Below are positions 1 to 7,967 of a DNA stretch of 12,165 nucleotides, piece by piece. The first letter of the stretch is position 1. Every line of letters starts with the position of its first letter. Both the position numbers and the translations under genes were made by a program. Source of the DNA: Elusimicrobiota bacterium (GTDB lineage: Bacteria > Elusimicrobiota > Elusimicrobia > Elusimicrobiales > UBA9959); the NCBI GenBank assembly GCA_027340875.1, contig DAIENX010000023.1:1-12165 (forward strand). The letters run 5' to 3'. The notes beneath the pieces were generated by a model. The model saw only the letters and a program-made list of their open reading frames with translations. It was not told where the DNA came from and ran no database searches.

Positions 1-279
1 GTGAGCGCCCTGCACCAGGCTCATGATGATGGACGCGTTGATGTACGGCATCACGCCCATCGAGAAGATGGAGAACCTGCCCAGCGCGCCGCCCGAGAAG
101 ATATCCAGGAACCCGAGCAGCGAGCCCTTCTGCGACTCGAACAGAGCGTGCAGAGCGGCCGTGTTTATGCCGGGTATCGGGATGGAGGCGCCGAGCCGGT
201 AGACGGCCAGCGCCCCGAGCACGAAGAATATCCGCTTTTTAAGGTCCTGTATCTTAAAAATGTCGGTTATCTGCTGCAT
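1..279 (-). CDS. secY: Preprotein translocase subunit SecY, N-terminal 93 codons (runs off the window)
   Basis: Translated by hand from the ATG at 279 (TAATG overlap with the rplO stop): MQQITDIFKIQDLKKRIFFVLGALAVYRLGASIPIPGIN...LLGFLDIFSGGALGRFSIFSMGVMPYINASIIMSLVQ. The IPxPG, FSGG and GxxPYIxASII motifs are SecY signatures, and the position after rplO is canonical. Not in the ORF track. Confidence 0.98.
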   Translation of the reverse strand, partial: MQQITDIFKIQDLKKRIFFVLGALAVYRLGASIPIPGINTAALHALFESQKGSLLGFLDIFSGGALGRFSIFSMGVMPYINASIIMSLVQGAH

Positions 280-749
280 TATTTCTTATCCGTTTTGGGG
301 GCCGTTATCAGGGCGGCCTTGCCGCCGGCCTTCTCGATCTTCTCCTTGGCGGAAGCGGAGAAAGCGTGAGCCTTAACGTTCAGGGCCTTCTTCAGCTCGC
401 CGTCGCCGAGCACCTTTATCAGCTCGGGCTTCTTGACGAGGCGGGCCTTGACCATGGCTTCCGGGGTTACCTCGGAGCCGGAGGCGAAGTTCTTCTCCAG
501 CGAGGAGACGTTGACCCACTGGTACTCGGTGCGGAAGTTGACGTTGTTGAAGCCGCTCTTCGGAACGCGCCTCAGCAGCGGGGTCTGGCCGCCCTCGAAA
601 CCGGACGGCTTGGGGCCGCCGGAAGTGGAGTTCTGGCCTTTCTGACCGCGGGTGGAGGTCTGCCCGTGACCGGAGCCCTGGCCTGTGCCGAGGCGCTTCT
701 TCCTGTGCACGGAACCGGGTTTGGGTTTGAGATTGTTGAGTCCGACCAT
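279..749 (-). CDS. rplO: 50S ribosomal protein L15
   Basis: LNNLKPKPGS...RLGTGQGSGHGQTSTRGQKGQ...GFEGGQTPLLRRVPKSGF...IKVLGDGEL...SASAKEKIEKAGG; AGGAG RBS near 757-761. Confidence 0.98.
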   Translation of the reverse strand: MVGLNNLKPKPGSVHRKKRLGTGQGSGHGQTSTRGQKGQNSTSGGPKPSGFEGGQTPLLRRVPKSGFNNVNFRTEYQWVNVSSLEKNFASGSEVTPEAMVKARLVKKPELIKVLGDGELKKALNVKAHAFSASAKEKIEKAGGKAALITAPKTDKK

Positions 750-786
750 AGTTTTTCTCCTGTGTGCTTTGGTATCCGGGGCGGCC

Positions 787-1338
787 TTATTCCTTGCCGC
801 GGAGCTTCATGACCTCGTCCCTGGTGCGCAGCTTCTTCAGCGCGTCGATGGTGGCATAGACGGAGTTGAACGCGTTGCGGGTGCCGAGGTTCTTCGTCAG
901 GATGTTCTTGACACCGGCCGCTTCCAGCACGGCGCGCACGCCGCCTCCGGCTATCAGGCCGGTGCCGCCCACGGCGGGCTTCATCCACACCTTGCCGGAG
1001 CCGAACTTGCCCTCCACCTCGTGCGGGATCGTGAAGTTCTCGATCGGGAACTGGAACATGTCCTTGCGGGCGCCGGCGGTGCCCTTCTGGATCGCGCCCT
1101 GCACCTCGTTGGACTTGCCGAGGCCGGCGCCGACCTTGCCGTTGCTGTCTCCGACCACTACAAGGGCGTTGAAGGAGAAGCGCTTGCCGCCCTTGACGAC
1201 CTTGGTAACGCGGTTGATGACGACGGTGACGACCTTCTCTTCTTTCGCGTCGGTCAGGTCGAGTTCCATCGCCTCTCCGGGTTTGCCCTGGGCGCTGAGT
1301 TCCTTGCTGGTCTTGAGCTGTTTCTGGTTTCTGAGCAT
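787..1338 (-). CDS. rpsE: 30S ribosomal protein S5 with an N-terminal extension. Preferred start 1338; alternatives are 1371 and 1269.
   Basis: [24 protein letters not shown]...[29 protein letters not shown] 8 nt before the ATG at 1338. Confidence 0.96.
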   Translation of the reverse strand: MLRNQKQLKTSKELSAQGKPGEAMELDLTDAKEEKVVTVVINRVTKVVKGGKRFSFNALVVVGDSNGKVGAGLGKSNEVQGAIQKGTAGARKDMFQFPIENFTIPHEVEGKFGSGKVWMKPAVGGTGLIAGGGVRAVLEAAGVKNILTKNLGTRNAFNSVYATIDALKKLRTRDEVMKLRGKE

Positions 1339-1354
1339 TTTGGCTTCTCCCTTA

Positions 1355-1395
1355 GGCCGCTTGATGAGCATAGCTCTTGTGCGGCACAGACATAG
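1355..1395 (-). repeat. Copy 1 of a 41-bp duplicated module (rplR-rpsE spacer); contains mini-ORF 1393..1352, [13 protein letters not shown]
   Basis: Minus strand CTATGTCTGTGCCGCACAAGAGCTATGCTCATCAAGCGGCC; 32/41 ungapped identity to 7979-8019. Confidence 0.75.
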
Positions 1396-1396
1396 T

Positions 1397-1759
1397 CTAG
1401 AATTTCAGGCCGGCTTCGCGGGCCGCGTCGGCCAGCGCCTTGATGCGGCCGTGGTAGATCCTGCCGCCGCGGTCGAAACATACCTCGGTCACGCCCTTGG
1501 CTACGGCGCGCTTGGCGAGCAGCGCACCCACGACCTTCGCGGAGGCGATGCTCTTACCGGACTTCAGCTTGCCCTTCAGTTCCTTGTCCACGCTGGAGGC
1601 GGCGACGAGGGTGGTGCCCTTCACGTCGTCGACGACCTGCGCGTACAGATGCTTCGCGCCGCGGTAAACGCTGAGGCGCGGCCTCTTGATGCCGTTCTCC
1701 AGCAGCTTGCTGCGGGAGCGGGTCTTGCGGAACTCGTATCTTTCCTGTTTGCTTATCAT
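1397..1759 (-). CDS. rplR: 50S ribosomal protein L18
   Basis: RPRLSVYR...HLYAQVVDD...[26 protein letters not shown]; synteny. Confidence 0.98.
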   Translation of the reverse strand: MISKQERYEFRKTRSRSKLLENGIKRPRLSVYRGAKHLYAQVVDDVKGTTLVAASSVDKELKGKLKSGKSIASAKVVGALLAKRAVAKGVTEVCFDRGGRIYHGRIKALADAAREAGLKF

Positions 1760-1794
1760 AATCGGTTCGTTCTCCTGTCGTGCTTGCGCGCCCG

Positions 1795-2355
1795 TTACTT
1801 CTTGGCGGCGCCGGCGCCGGCCGCGGTCTTGCCGGCCTTGCGGATGATGTGCTCGCCCTGGTACCTGATGCCGGTGCCCTTGTAAGGCTCGGGCTTCTTG
1901 ATCCTCTTGATCTGGGCGGCCAGGTTGCCGACGACCTCGCGGTCGATGCCCTTGATCGTCAGCACGGTCTGCTTGGGGTCGAAGGACATCTTGATGCCCT
2001 TCGGTATGTCCATCAGCACCGGGTGGGAGAAGCCGAGCGTCAGCGACACGCGGTTCCCTTCCACGGAACCCTTGAAGCCTACGCCGCTGATCTCGAGCAC
2101 CTTCTCGAACTCCTTGGTCACGCCGGCGACCATGTTGTTGATGCGCGCGCGGGTGGTGCCGAACAGGGCGGCCTTGTCGGCGGCGCCCTGGGCGACGCTG
2201 ACGTTTATCACGCTGCCGGCGACGGCGGCGTTGATGCCCTCGGGCAGGTTGTAGTCCAGTTTGCCCAGCGGGCCTTCCACGTGGACGGTGCGGCCGTCGA
2301 CGCGGGCCTTGACCTTGTCGGGCATCGTTATGGGTTTCTTTCCGATTCTGCTCAT
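1795..2355 (-). CDS. rplF: 50S ribosomal protein L6
   Basis: MSRIGKKPI...GVGFK...LGFSHPV...[11 protein letters not shown]. Confidence 0.98.
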   Translation of the reverse strand: MSRIGKKPITMPDKVKARVDGRTVHVEGPLGKLDYNLPEGINAAVAGSVINVSVAQGAADKAALFGTTRARINNMVAGVTKEFEKVLEISGVGFKGSVEGNRVSLTLGFSHPVLMDIPKGIKMSFDPKQTVLTIKGIDREVVGNLAAQIKRIKKPEPYKGTGIRYQGEHIIRKAGKTAAGAGAAKK

Positions 2356-2380
2356 GGTTATACCTCTTATAGCTTGTCCG

Positions 2381-2788
2381 TTACCACACCTGGCACAGCA
2401 CTTCGCCGCCGACCTTCTGCTTCTTGGCCTCGGCGTCCGTCAGCAGGCCCCTGGAAGTGGAGACTATCGTCACGCCGAAGGCGGCGCGTACGCGGGGCAG
2501 TTCCTCGTGGCCGCGGTAGACGCGCAGGCCCGGGCGGGACACGCGGCGCAGGCCGTTGATGACGGGCTGCTTGTCGGTGGTGTACTTCAGCGTGATGCGG
2601 ATCACGCCGCGCCTGTCGATGGTCTTGTCCATCTTGGGGTCGAGCACCTTGAAGTTGGAGACGAAGCCCTCGTCCTTGAGCAGCTTCACCAGCCCGGCCT
2701 TGATGCCGGAGAAGGGCACGTCGACGCGCTCTTTCTTCTTGGCCGTGGCGTTCTTTATGGCCGCGAGCATGTTAGATATAGGGTCCAT
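2381..2788 (-). CDS. rpsH: 30S ribosomal protein S8
   Basis: DPISNML...IKNA...LKDEGFV...RVSRPGLRVY...IVSTSRGLLTD...VGGEVLCQVW. Confidence 0.98.
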   Translation of the reverse strand: MDPISNMLAAIKNATAKKKERVDVPFSGIKAGLVKLLKDEGFVSNFKVLDPKMDKTIDRRGVIRITLKYTTDKQPVINGLRRVSRPGLRVYRGHEELPRVRAAFGVTIVSTSRGLLTDAEAKKQKVGGEVLCQVW

Positions 2789-2816
2789 TGTTTCTCTCCT
2801 TCCTTGAATTCGTGCG

Positions 2817-3002
2817 TTACCAGCTGGACTTCTTCAGGCCGGGTATCAGGCCCTCGTGCGCCATCTTGCGCAGGCAGATCCTGCAGAGACCGAAGTCCCT
2901 GTAGTAGCCGCGCGGCCTGCCGCAGATCTGGCAGCGGTTGCGGAAGCGCGTAGAGAACTTCTGGGGTTTGCGCATCTTCGCCATCCAAGCGTATGTAGCC
3001 AT
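2817..3002 (-). CDS. rpsN: 30S ribosomal protein S14, short zinc-binding (C+/type Z) form
   Basis: 61 aa; [10 protein letters not shown]...LCRICLR...IPGLKKSSW, two CxxC pairs. Confidence 0.98.
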   Translation of the reverse strand: MATYAWMAKMRKPQKFSTRFRNRCQICGRPRGYYRDFGLCRICLRKMAHEGLIPGLKKSSW

Positions 3003-3026
3003 TTCTTTCTCCTGTTCCCTTTAAAA

Positions 3027-3710
3027 TTACTTCTTCGCCTCGGGCTTCTTGAACGGCATGCCCAGATACTCGAGCAGCGCCTTGCCCTTCGCGTTGTCGC
3101 CGGCCGTAGTCACGAACGTAATGTTCATGCCGCGCGCCTTCGGGGACTTCTCCATGTTGACCTCGGGGAAGATGTGGTGTTCCTTGAGGCCGATGTTCAG
3201 GTTGCCGCGCCCGTCGAAGAACCGCGTGTCGAAGCCCTGGAAGTCGCGGATGCGGGGCACCGACAGCGAGACGAAGCGGTCGAAGAACTCGTACATCCTC
3301 GCGCCGCGCAGCGTGACGCGCACGCCTATAGGCATGCCCTCGCGCAGCTTGAAGTTGGAGATGGACTTCTTGGCCTTGCGGACCTGGGGAGCCTGGCCGG
3401 AGATCAGCATCAGGTCCTCCTTGGCCAGGTCGAGGGCCTGGATGTTCTCCTTGGCCTCGCTGACGCCTATGTTGATGACGATCTTGGTCATCTTCGGGCA
3501 GGCCATCGGGGAGGTCAGGCTGAAATCCTTCATCAGGGCGGGCTGCACCTTCTCGCGGTACGCGTCCGCCAGGCGGATCTTGTAGCCCTTGGGTATCGGG
3601 GCCACGGCGCCCTTGGGCACCGCGGTGAGCTCCAGCTTTTGCTGCTGGTGCTCCTTCTTGCGGGGCTTCTGCTGTTCCTTCGTCGCTTCCTTGGGGGTTT
3701 CCTTCGCCAT
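3027..3710 (-). CDS. rplE: 50S ribosomal protein L5 with a ~45-aa N-terminal extension
   Basis: PKMTKIVINIGV...ISGQAP...AKKSISNFKLREG...VTLRG...PRIRDFQG...FDGRGN...IFPE; GAGG RBS at 3717-3720 supports the long start. Confidence 0.98.
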   Translation of the reverse strand: MAKETPKEATKEQQKPRKKEHQQQKLELTAVPKGAVAPIPKGYKIRLADAYREKVQPALMKDFSLTSPMACPKMTKIVINIGVSEAKENIQALDLAKEDLMLISGQAPQVRKAKKSISNFKLREGMPIGVRVTLRGARMYEFFDRFVSLSVPRIRDFQGFDTRFFDGRGNLNIGLKEHHIFPEVNMEKSPKARGMNITFVTTAGDNAKGKALLEYLGMPFKKPEAKK

Positions 3711-3721
3711 ATGTTACCTCG

Positions 3722-4030
3722 TCAGATTATCGCTTCGCCGCACTTCTTGCAGGCGCGCAGCTTCTCGCCGCCCTGTACGGTCACCTTCACGCGGGCCGGC
3801 TTGCCGCAGTGCGGGCAGACCAGCTGAACGTTGGAGATGGACAGCGGGGCCTCGACCTTGTGGATGCCGCCGGGCTGGTCCTTCGTGGTCTTCTTGTGCT
3901 TGGAGACCACGTTGACTCCCATCACGACCACCTTGCGGTCGGAGGGGATGATCTCCTTGATCTCGCCCTTCTTGCCTTTGTCCCTGCCGGCTATGATTAT
4001 GACCGTGTCTTTCTTCTTGAGTTTAAGCAT
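3722..4030 (-). CDS. rplX: 50S ribosomal protein L24 (CxxC-containing)
   Basis: KOW motif KKDTVIIIAGRDKGKKG; GGIHKVEAPLSISNVQL; CPHC and CKKC. Confidence 0.98.
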   Translation of the reverse strand: MLKLKKKDTVIIIAGRDKGKKGEIKEIIPSDRKVVVMGVNVVSKHKKTTKDQPGGIHKVEAPLSISNVQLVCPHCGKPARVKVTVQGGEKLRACKKCGEAII

Positions 4031-4043
4031 AATATTCCGCCTT

Positions 4044-4412
4044 TCAGATAACTTCGGGAGCGAGCGAGACTATCTTCAGGAAGTTCTTCGCGCGCAGCTC
4101 GCGGGCCACCGGGCCGAACACGCGCGTGCCCTTGGGTTCGCCGTTGTCGTCTATCACGCAAACCGCGTTGTCGTCGAAACGGATGTAGGAGCCGTCGGGG
4201 CGGCGGGTTTCCTTGGAAACGCGCACGACCACGGCTTTCACCACGTCGCCTTTCTTTATGGCGGCGTGAGGGATCGCGTCGCGGACGGAAGCCACTATCG
4301 TGTCGCCGAGGAAGGCGTACTTGCGGTAGCTGCCGCCGTTCACGTGGAAGCACTGCAGCTTACGGGCGCCGGAATTATCGGCGACGTTGAGTATGGTTCT
4401 AAGCTGTATCAT
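4044..4412 (-). CDS. rplN: 50S ribosomal protein L14
   Basis: [16 protein letters not shown]...[11 protein letters not shown]...[13 protein letters not shown]...[10 protein letters not shown]. Confidence 0.99.
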   Translation of the reverse strand: MIQLRTILNVADNSGARKLQCFHVNGGSYRKYAFLGDTIVASVRDAIPHAAIKKGDVVKAVVVRVSKETRRPDGSYIRFDDNAVCVIDDNGEPKGTRVFGPVARELRAKNFLKIVSLAPEVI

Positions 4413-4434
4413 GGTATTCTCCCTTAGAACCGCC

Positions 4435-4707
4435 TTACCGGGCGGCCTTCTCCACTATGCGGACGACGCGCCAGCGCTTGAGCGTGGACAGCGGGCGGGT
4501 GCTGGCTATCTCCACCAGGTCTCCTGCCTTGGACTCGTTGGCCTCGTCGTGGGCGTAGAACTTGCGGTGGCGCCTGAGGGTCTTGTCGTAGACCGGATGG
4601 CTGATCGTGTGGTCCACGCTGATAACGCGGGTCTTGGCCATCTTGTCGGAGACGACCACTCCGCGCAGGACCTTCCTCTGGGCTCTCTTCTCGGTATTCT
4701 CGGTCAT
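4435..4707 (-). CDS. rpsQ: 30S ribosomal protein S17
   Basis: [11 protein letters not shown]...HPVYDK...AHDE...[22 protein letters not shown] overlap with rpmC. Confidence 0.98.
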   Translation of the reverse strand: MTENTEKRAQRKVLRGVVVSDKMAKTRVISVDHTISHPVYDKTLRRHRKFYAHDEANESKAGDLVEIASTRPLSTLKRWRVVRIVEKAAR

Positions 4708-4928
4708 TTCTTCACCTCGGCCTTGGATTTGGCGATCGCGCGCTCGCGGAGATAGGTGTTTATCATCGCTATCTTGCGGCGGGCGTTGCGCAGCTGCACC
4801 GGGTTCTCTACCGGGGCGGTGGTGCGCTTGAACTTGATCTGGAAGATCTGCTTCTTGAGGTCGGCGGCCTGGGCGGAAAGCTCGGCGTCGCCCATGTTCC
4901 TCAGGTTTTCCTTGTCTTTTCTTTTCAT
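4704..4928 (-). CDS. rpmC: 50S ribosomal protein L29
   Basis: LRNMGDAEL...LKKQIFQIKF...ENPVQLRNARRKIAMINT; lies between rplP and rpsQ. Confidence 0.95.
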   Translation of the reverse strand: MKRKDKENLRNMGDAELSAQAADLKKQIFQIKFKRTTAPVENPVQLRNARRKIAMINTYLRERAIAKSKAEVKK

Positions 4929-4944
4929 AGGTCCGGGGGCTCCT

Positions 4945-5358
4945 TTAGTTCTCGCGGCTGACGAAGCGCGTCTTGATCGGCAGCTTGTGGCCGGCGCGGG
5001 TGAAAGCTTCCTTCGCGGTGACCAGGTCGAGACCTTCGACCTCGAACAGCATGCGGCCCGGCTTCACTACGGCCACCCAGTGGTCCGGCGCGCCCTTGCC
5101 CTTACCCATGCGGGTCTCGGCGGGGTGCTTCGTTATGGCCTTGTCCGGGAAGATGCGGACCCAGATCTTGCCCTTCTTGCGGAGGTAGCGCACGATGCAG
5201 ACGCGGCAGGCCTCTATCTGGCGGGCGGTGATCCAGCGGGGCTCCAGCGCCTTCAGACCGTACTCGCCGAAGGCGAGGGAGAATCCGCGTTTCGCGGGGC
5301 CCTTTATGCGGGGCGCCGAGTGCGGCTTGCGGTACTTGACTCTCTTAGGCATCAACAT
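4945..5358 (-). CDS. rplP: 50S ribosomal protein L16
   Basis: [11 protein letters not shown]...FGEYGLKA...ITARQIEA...RIFPDK...ETRMGKGKG. Confidence 0.99.
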   Translation of the reverse strand: MLMPKRVKYRKPHSAPRIKGPAKRGFSLAFGEYGLKALEPRWITARQIEACRVCIVRYLRKKGKIWVRIFPDKAITKHPAETRMGKGKGAPDHWVAVVKPGRMLFEVEGLDLVTAKEAFTRAGHKLPIKTRFVSREN

Positions 5359-5382
5359 AGTTATGCTCCTTGGCTAAAGCTA

Positions 5383-6120
5383 TCAGGTGGACGGCTGCTC
5401 TCTGCGGGCGGCGGCAGCCTCGTCGAGAACGGGCGTCTCGGTCGGGTGCTCGGCCTCCAGCTTCATCAGCTGCTCGCGCAACTCGCGGGGCGTCTTCGCG
5501 AAGAACAGTTTCTTGAATATCCAGACCTTGATGCCGATCTTGCCCATCGAGGTGTGCGCCTCGGTTAGGCCGTAATCGATGTCGGCGGAGATGGTCTGCA
5601 GCGGCACGCGGCCCTTGCGGTACCACTCGCGGCGGGCGATCTCGGCGCCGCCGAGGCGGCCGGAGGCCATGACCTTGATGCCGAGGGCGCCGGAGGTCAT
5701 CGTGCGCTCCATCGCGCGCTTGATAGCGCGCTTGAAGCTGATGCGCTTCTCCAGCTGCTGCGCTACGCTCTGGCCCACCAGGTGGGCGTCGAGCTCGGGG
5801 ATCTTGATCTCGGAAACGTTGATGAAGACCTTGCGGCGGGTCAGGGCCTCGACGGACTTCTTCAGCGCCTCGATGTCGGCGCCCTTGCGGCCGATCACGA
5901 CGCCCGGGCGGGCGGTGTGGATCGTCACCTTCAGGTACGCGCCGGCGCGCTCGATGTCGACAGTGCTGACGGAAGCCGTAGCGAAACGCTCGGACACCAT
6001 GTGCCGGATCTCGAAATCCTCGCGGATCAGCTCGGGCATCTTCTTCGGGGAGAACCAGCGGGAACGCCAGTCCTGGATGTAGCCGAGCCTTAAGCCCCTG
6101 GGATGTATTTTCTGACCCAT
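5383..6120 (-). CDS. rpsC: 30S ribosomal protein S3
   Basis: MGQKIHPRGLRLG...TARPGVVIGRKG...SGRLGGAEIAR...GRVPLQT...GIKVWI. Confidence 0.99.
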   Translation of the reverse strand: MGQKIHPRGLRLGYIQDWRSRWFSPKKMPELIREDFEIRHMVSERFATASVSTVDIERAGAYLKVTIHTARPGVVIGRKGADIEALKKSVEALTRRKVFINVSEIKIPELDAHLVGQSVAQQLEKRISFKRAIKRAMERTMTSGALGIKVMASGRLGGAEIARREWYRKGRVPLQTISADIDYGLTEAHTSMGKIGIKVWIFKKLFFAKTPRELREQLMKLEAEHPTETPVLDEAAAARREQPST

Positions 6121-6121
6121 A

Positions 6122-6484
6122 TTATTTGCGCTCCTTCGACTTCGTGTCCGAAACCACCACGCTGATGTGGCACATCTTGCGCTTGAACGGCATCGCGCGG
6201 CCCTGCGGGCCGGGCTGCACGCGGCGCAGGAACTTCATCGGTCCCTGGTCTGCGAAGCACTCGGTGACCCAGATCTGCCTGAGGTCGAGCTTTTTACCGA
6301 GCTTGACGGACAGGTTCGCGCCGGCGGACTTGATGGCCTTGCCCACGACGTCGGTGGCCCGCCTCGGGAGGGTGGCCAGGATATACTGCGCCTCGTAAAG
6401 GGACTTACCCCTTACCTGGTCGAGCAGCTGGGCTACCTTGCGGCGGCCGTAGCGCTGGTATTTAAGATGGCATTTGGCGTCCAT
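6122..6484 (-). CDS. rplV: 50S ribosomal protein L22 (divergent tunnel hairpin)
   Basis: RKVAQLLDQVRGK...KAIKSAGAN...ADQGP...QGRA...CHISVVV; lies between rpsS and rpsC. Confidence 0.96.
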   Translation of the reverse strand: MDAKCHLKYQRYGRRKVAQLLDQVRGKSLYEAQYILATLPRRATDVVGKAIKSAGANLSVKLGKKLDLRQIWVTECFADQGPMKFLRRVQPGPQGRAMPFKRKMCHISVVVSDTKSKERK

Positions 6485-6514
6485 AATATCTCTCCGTTAG
6501 TTGTCTTCAGGCCC

Positions 6515-6802
6515 TTAGGTGAGGGCGGTGGCTTCCTTGGTATGCGAGGCGCCGTGGCCCTTGAAGAGCCGCGGGAACGAGAACTCGCCCAACTTGTGGC
6601 CGACCATGCGCTCTGTGACATACACCGGCAGGAACTTGCGGCCGTTGTGCACCAGCAGCGTCTGCCCGACGAAGTCGGGGGTTATCGTGCAGGCGCGGGA
6701 CCAGGTCTTGATCTGGGTCTTGGCGCCGCTCTGCGCGGCGGCCTGGACCTTCGCCAGGAGCTTCTGGTCTACGTAGGGACCCTTTTTAGAAGATCTGCTC
6801 AT
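6515..6802 (-). CDS. rpsS: 30S ribosomal protein S19
   Basis: [12 protein letters not shown]...IKTWSR...VHNGRKF...[10 protein letters not shown]. Confidence 0.99.
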   Translation of the reverse strand: MSRSSKKGPYVDQKLLAKVQAAAQSGAKTQIKTWSRACTITPDFVGQTLLVHNGRKFLPVYVTERMVGHKLGEFSFPRLFKGHGASHTKEATALT

Positions 6803-6814
6803 TATATTCCTCCG

Positions 6815-7654
6815 TTACGCGGACTTGGCCTTGCGCCTGTCCTGCACTATCATCCAGCTCCAGATCTTGGACTTGGTCCTCGTCTTGAAGCCCTTGGAAG
6901 GCTGGTTCCAGGGGGAGCGGGGCACGTTGTTGCCCTTCGAGTGGCCGCGGCCGCCGCCGAGCGGGTGGTCGGTGGCGTTCATCGCGGCGCCGCGCACCGT
7001 CGGGCGGATGCCCAGGTGGCGCTTGCGGCCGGCCTTGCCGAGGGTGATCGTGTTGTGCTCGACGTTGCCCACCTGGCCGATCGTGGCCATGCAGTTCTTC
7101 AGCACCTTGCGGAGTTCGCCGGACGGCATCTTGACGAGGGCGTAGTCGCCCTCCTTGGCCATCAGCTGGGCCTGCGTGCCGGCCGCGCGCACGAACTGCG
7201 CGCCCTTGCCGGGGATCATCTCGATAGCGTGGATGAAGGTACCGTAGGGGATGTTGGCCATCGGCAGCGCGTTGCCCATCTTGATCTCGGCCTTGGGGCC
7301 GCTCATCACAACGGAGCCCACGCCCAGGCCCAGCGGGGCCGGGATGTAGCGCTTGTCGCCGTCCGCGTAGACCAGCAGCGCGATGCGGGCGTTCCTGTTA
7401 GGATCGTACTCTATCGACGCGACCTTCGCGGGCACGCCGAACTTCTCGCGCTTGAAGTCGATCGCGCGGAAGCGGCGGCGGTGGCCGCCGCCGTGGTGGC
7501 GGACCATGACCATGCCGGTGTTGTTGCGGCCGCCGTGCTTGCGCAGGCCGGTCGCCAGCCTCTTCTCGGGCTCGGTCTTCGTGATGTCCGAGTAATCGGC
7601 CATCTGAATCGTGCGCCTCGAGGGGGTATAGGGTCTGTATGATTTAATAGGCAT
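6815..7654 (-). CDS. rplB: 50S ribosomal protein L2
   Basis: GGRNNTG...GGGH...[13 protein letters not shown]...GKAGR...[19 protein letters not shown]. Confidence 0.99.
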   Translation of the reverse strand: MPIKSYRPYTPSRRTIQMADYSDITKTEPEKRLATGLRKHGGRNNTGMVMVRHHGGGHRRRFRAIDFKREKFGVPAKVASIEYDPNRNARIALLVYADGDKRYIPAPLGLGVGSVVMSGPKAEIKMGNALPMANIPYGTFIHAIEMIPGKGAQFVRAAGTQAQLMAKEGDYALVKMPSGELRKVLKNCMATIGQVGNVEHNTITLGKAGRKRHLGIRPTVRGAAMNATDHPLGGGRGHSKGNNVPRSPWNQPSKGFKTRTKSKIWSWMIVQDRRKAKSA

Positions 7655-7676
7655 ATTTTCCTCTGTCCTCCCGCCC

Positions 7677-7967
7677 TTACTTCGGCAGGTCCGTCATGTC
7701 TATTTTCTGTCCGGCCTTGACCGTGACTATCGCCTTCTTCCAGTCGGAGCGGTAGCCTTCGTAGCGGCCCACTTTATGGAGTTTGCCGGGGAGGTTCGCG
7801 GTGCGGACCGCCGAGACCTTCACCTTGAACAGGGTCTCCACGGCCTTCTTTATCTCGCTCTTGTTGGCTTTCGGGTTGACGCGGAAGGTGTAGCGGTTCT
7901 GCTCGTCCTTCGTGATCACGCTCTTCTCGCTGAGTATGGGGGCTATCAGCACTTCGGTAAAGTTCAT
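7677..7967 (-). CDS. rplW: 50S ribosomal protein L23 (start at 7967, not 8117)
   Basis: [16 protein letters not shown]...YTFRV...[18 protein letters not shown]...[18 protein letters not shown] at 7972-7978; ATGA overlap with the rplD stop. Confidence 0.97.
   Translation of the reverse strand: MNFTEVLIAPILSEKSVITKDEQNRYTFRVNPKANKSEIKKAVETLFKVKVSAVRTANLPGKLHKVGRYEGYRSDWKKAIVTVKAGQKIDMTDLPK

Noticed and set aside
1339..1371. rpsE start at 1371 ([11 protein letters not shown])
   Set aside because: The SD is weak and this ATG lies inside the repeat hairpin. The ATG at 1338 has AAGGGAG and parallels the rplW context. Not fully excluded.
3690..3740. E. coli-type S8 operator at the rplX-rplE junction
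   Set aside because: No convincing helix-21-like hairpin is visible, and the region is altered by the L5 extension.
5345..5362. Possible third copy of the 41-bp module at the rplP start (CTATGTTGATGCC)
   Set aside because: The similarity is limited to about 13 nt and is explained by the conserved L16 N-terminus MLMP.
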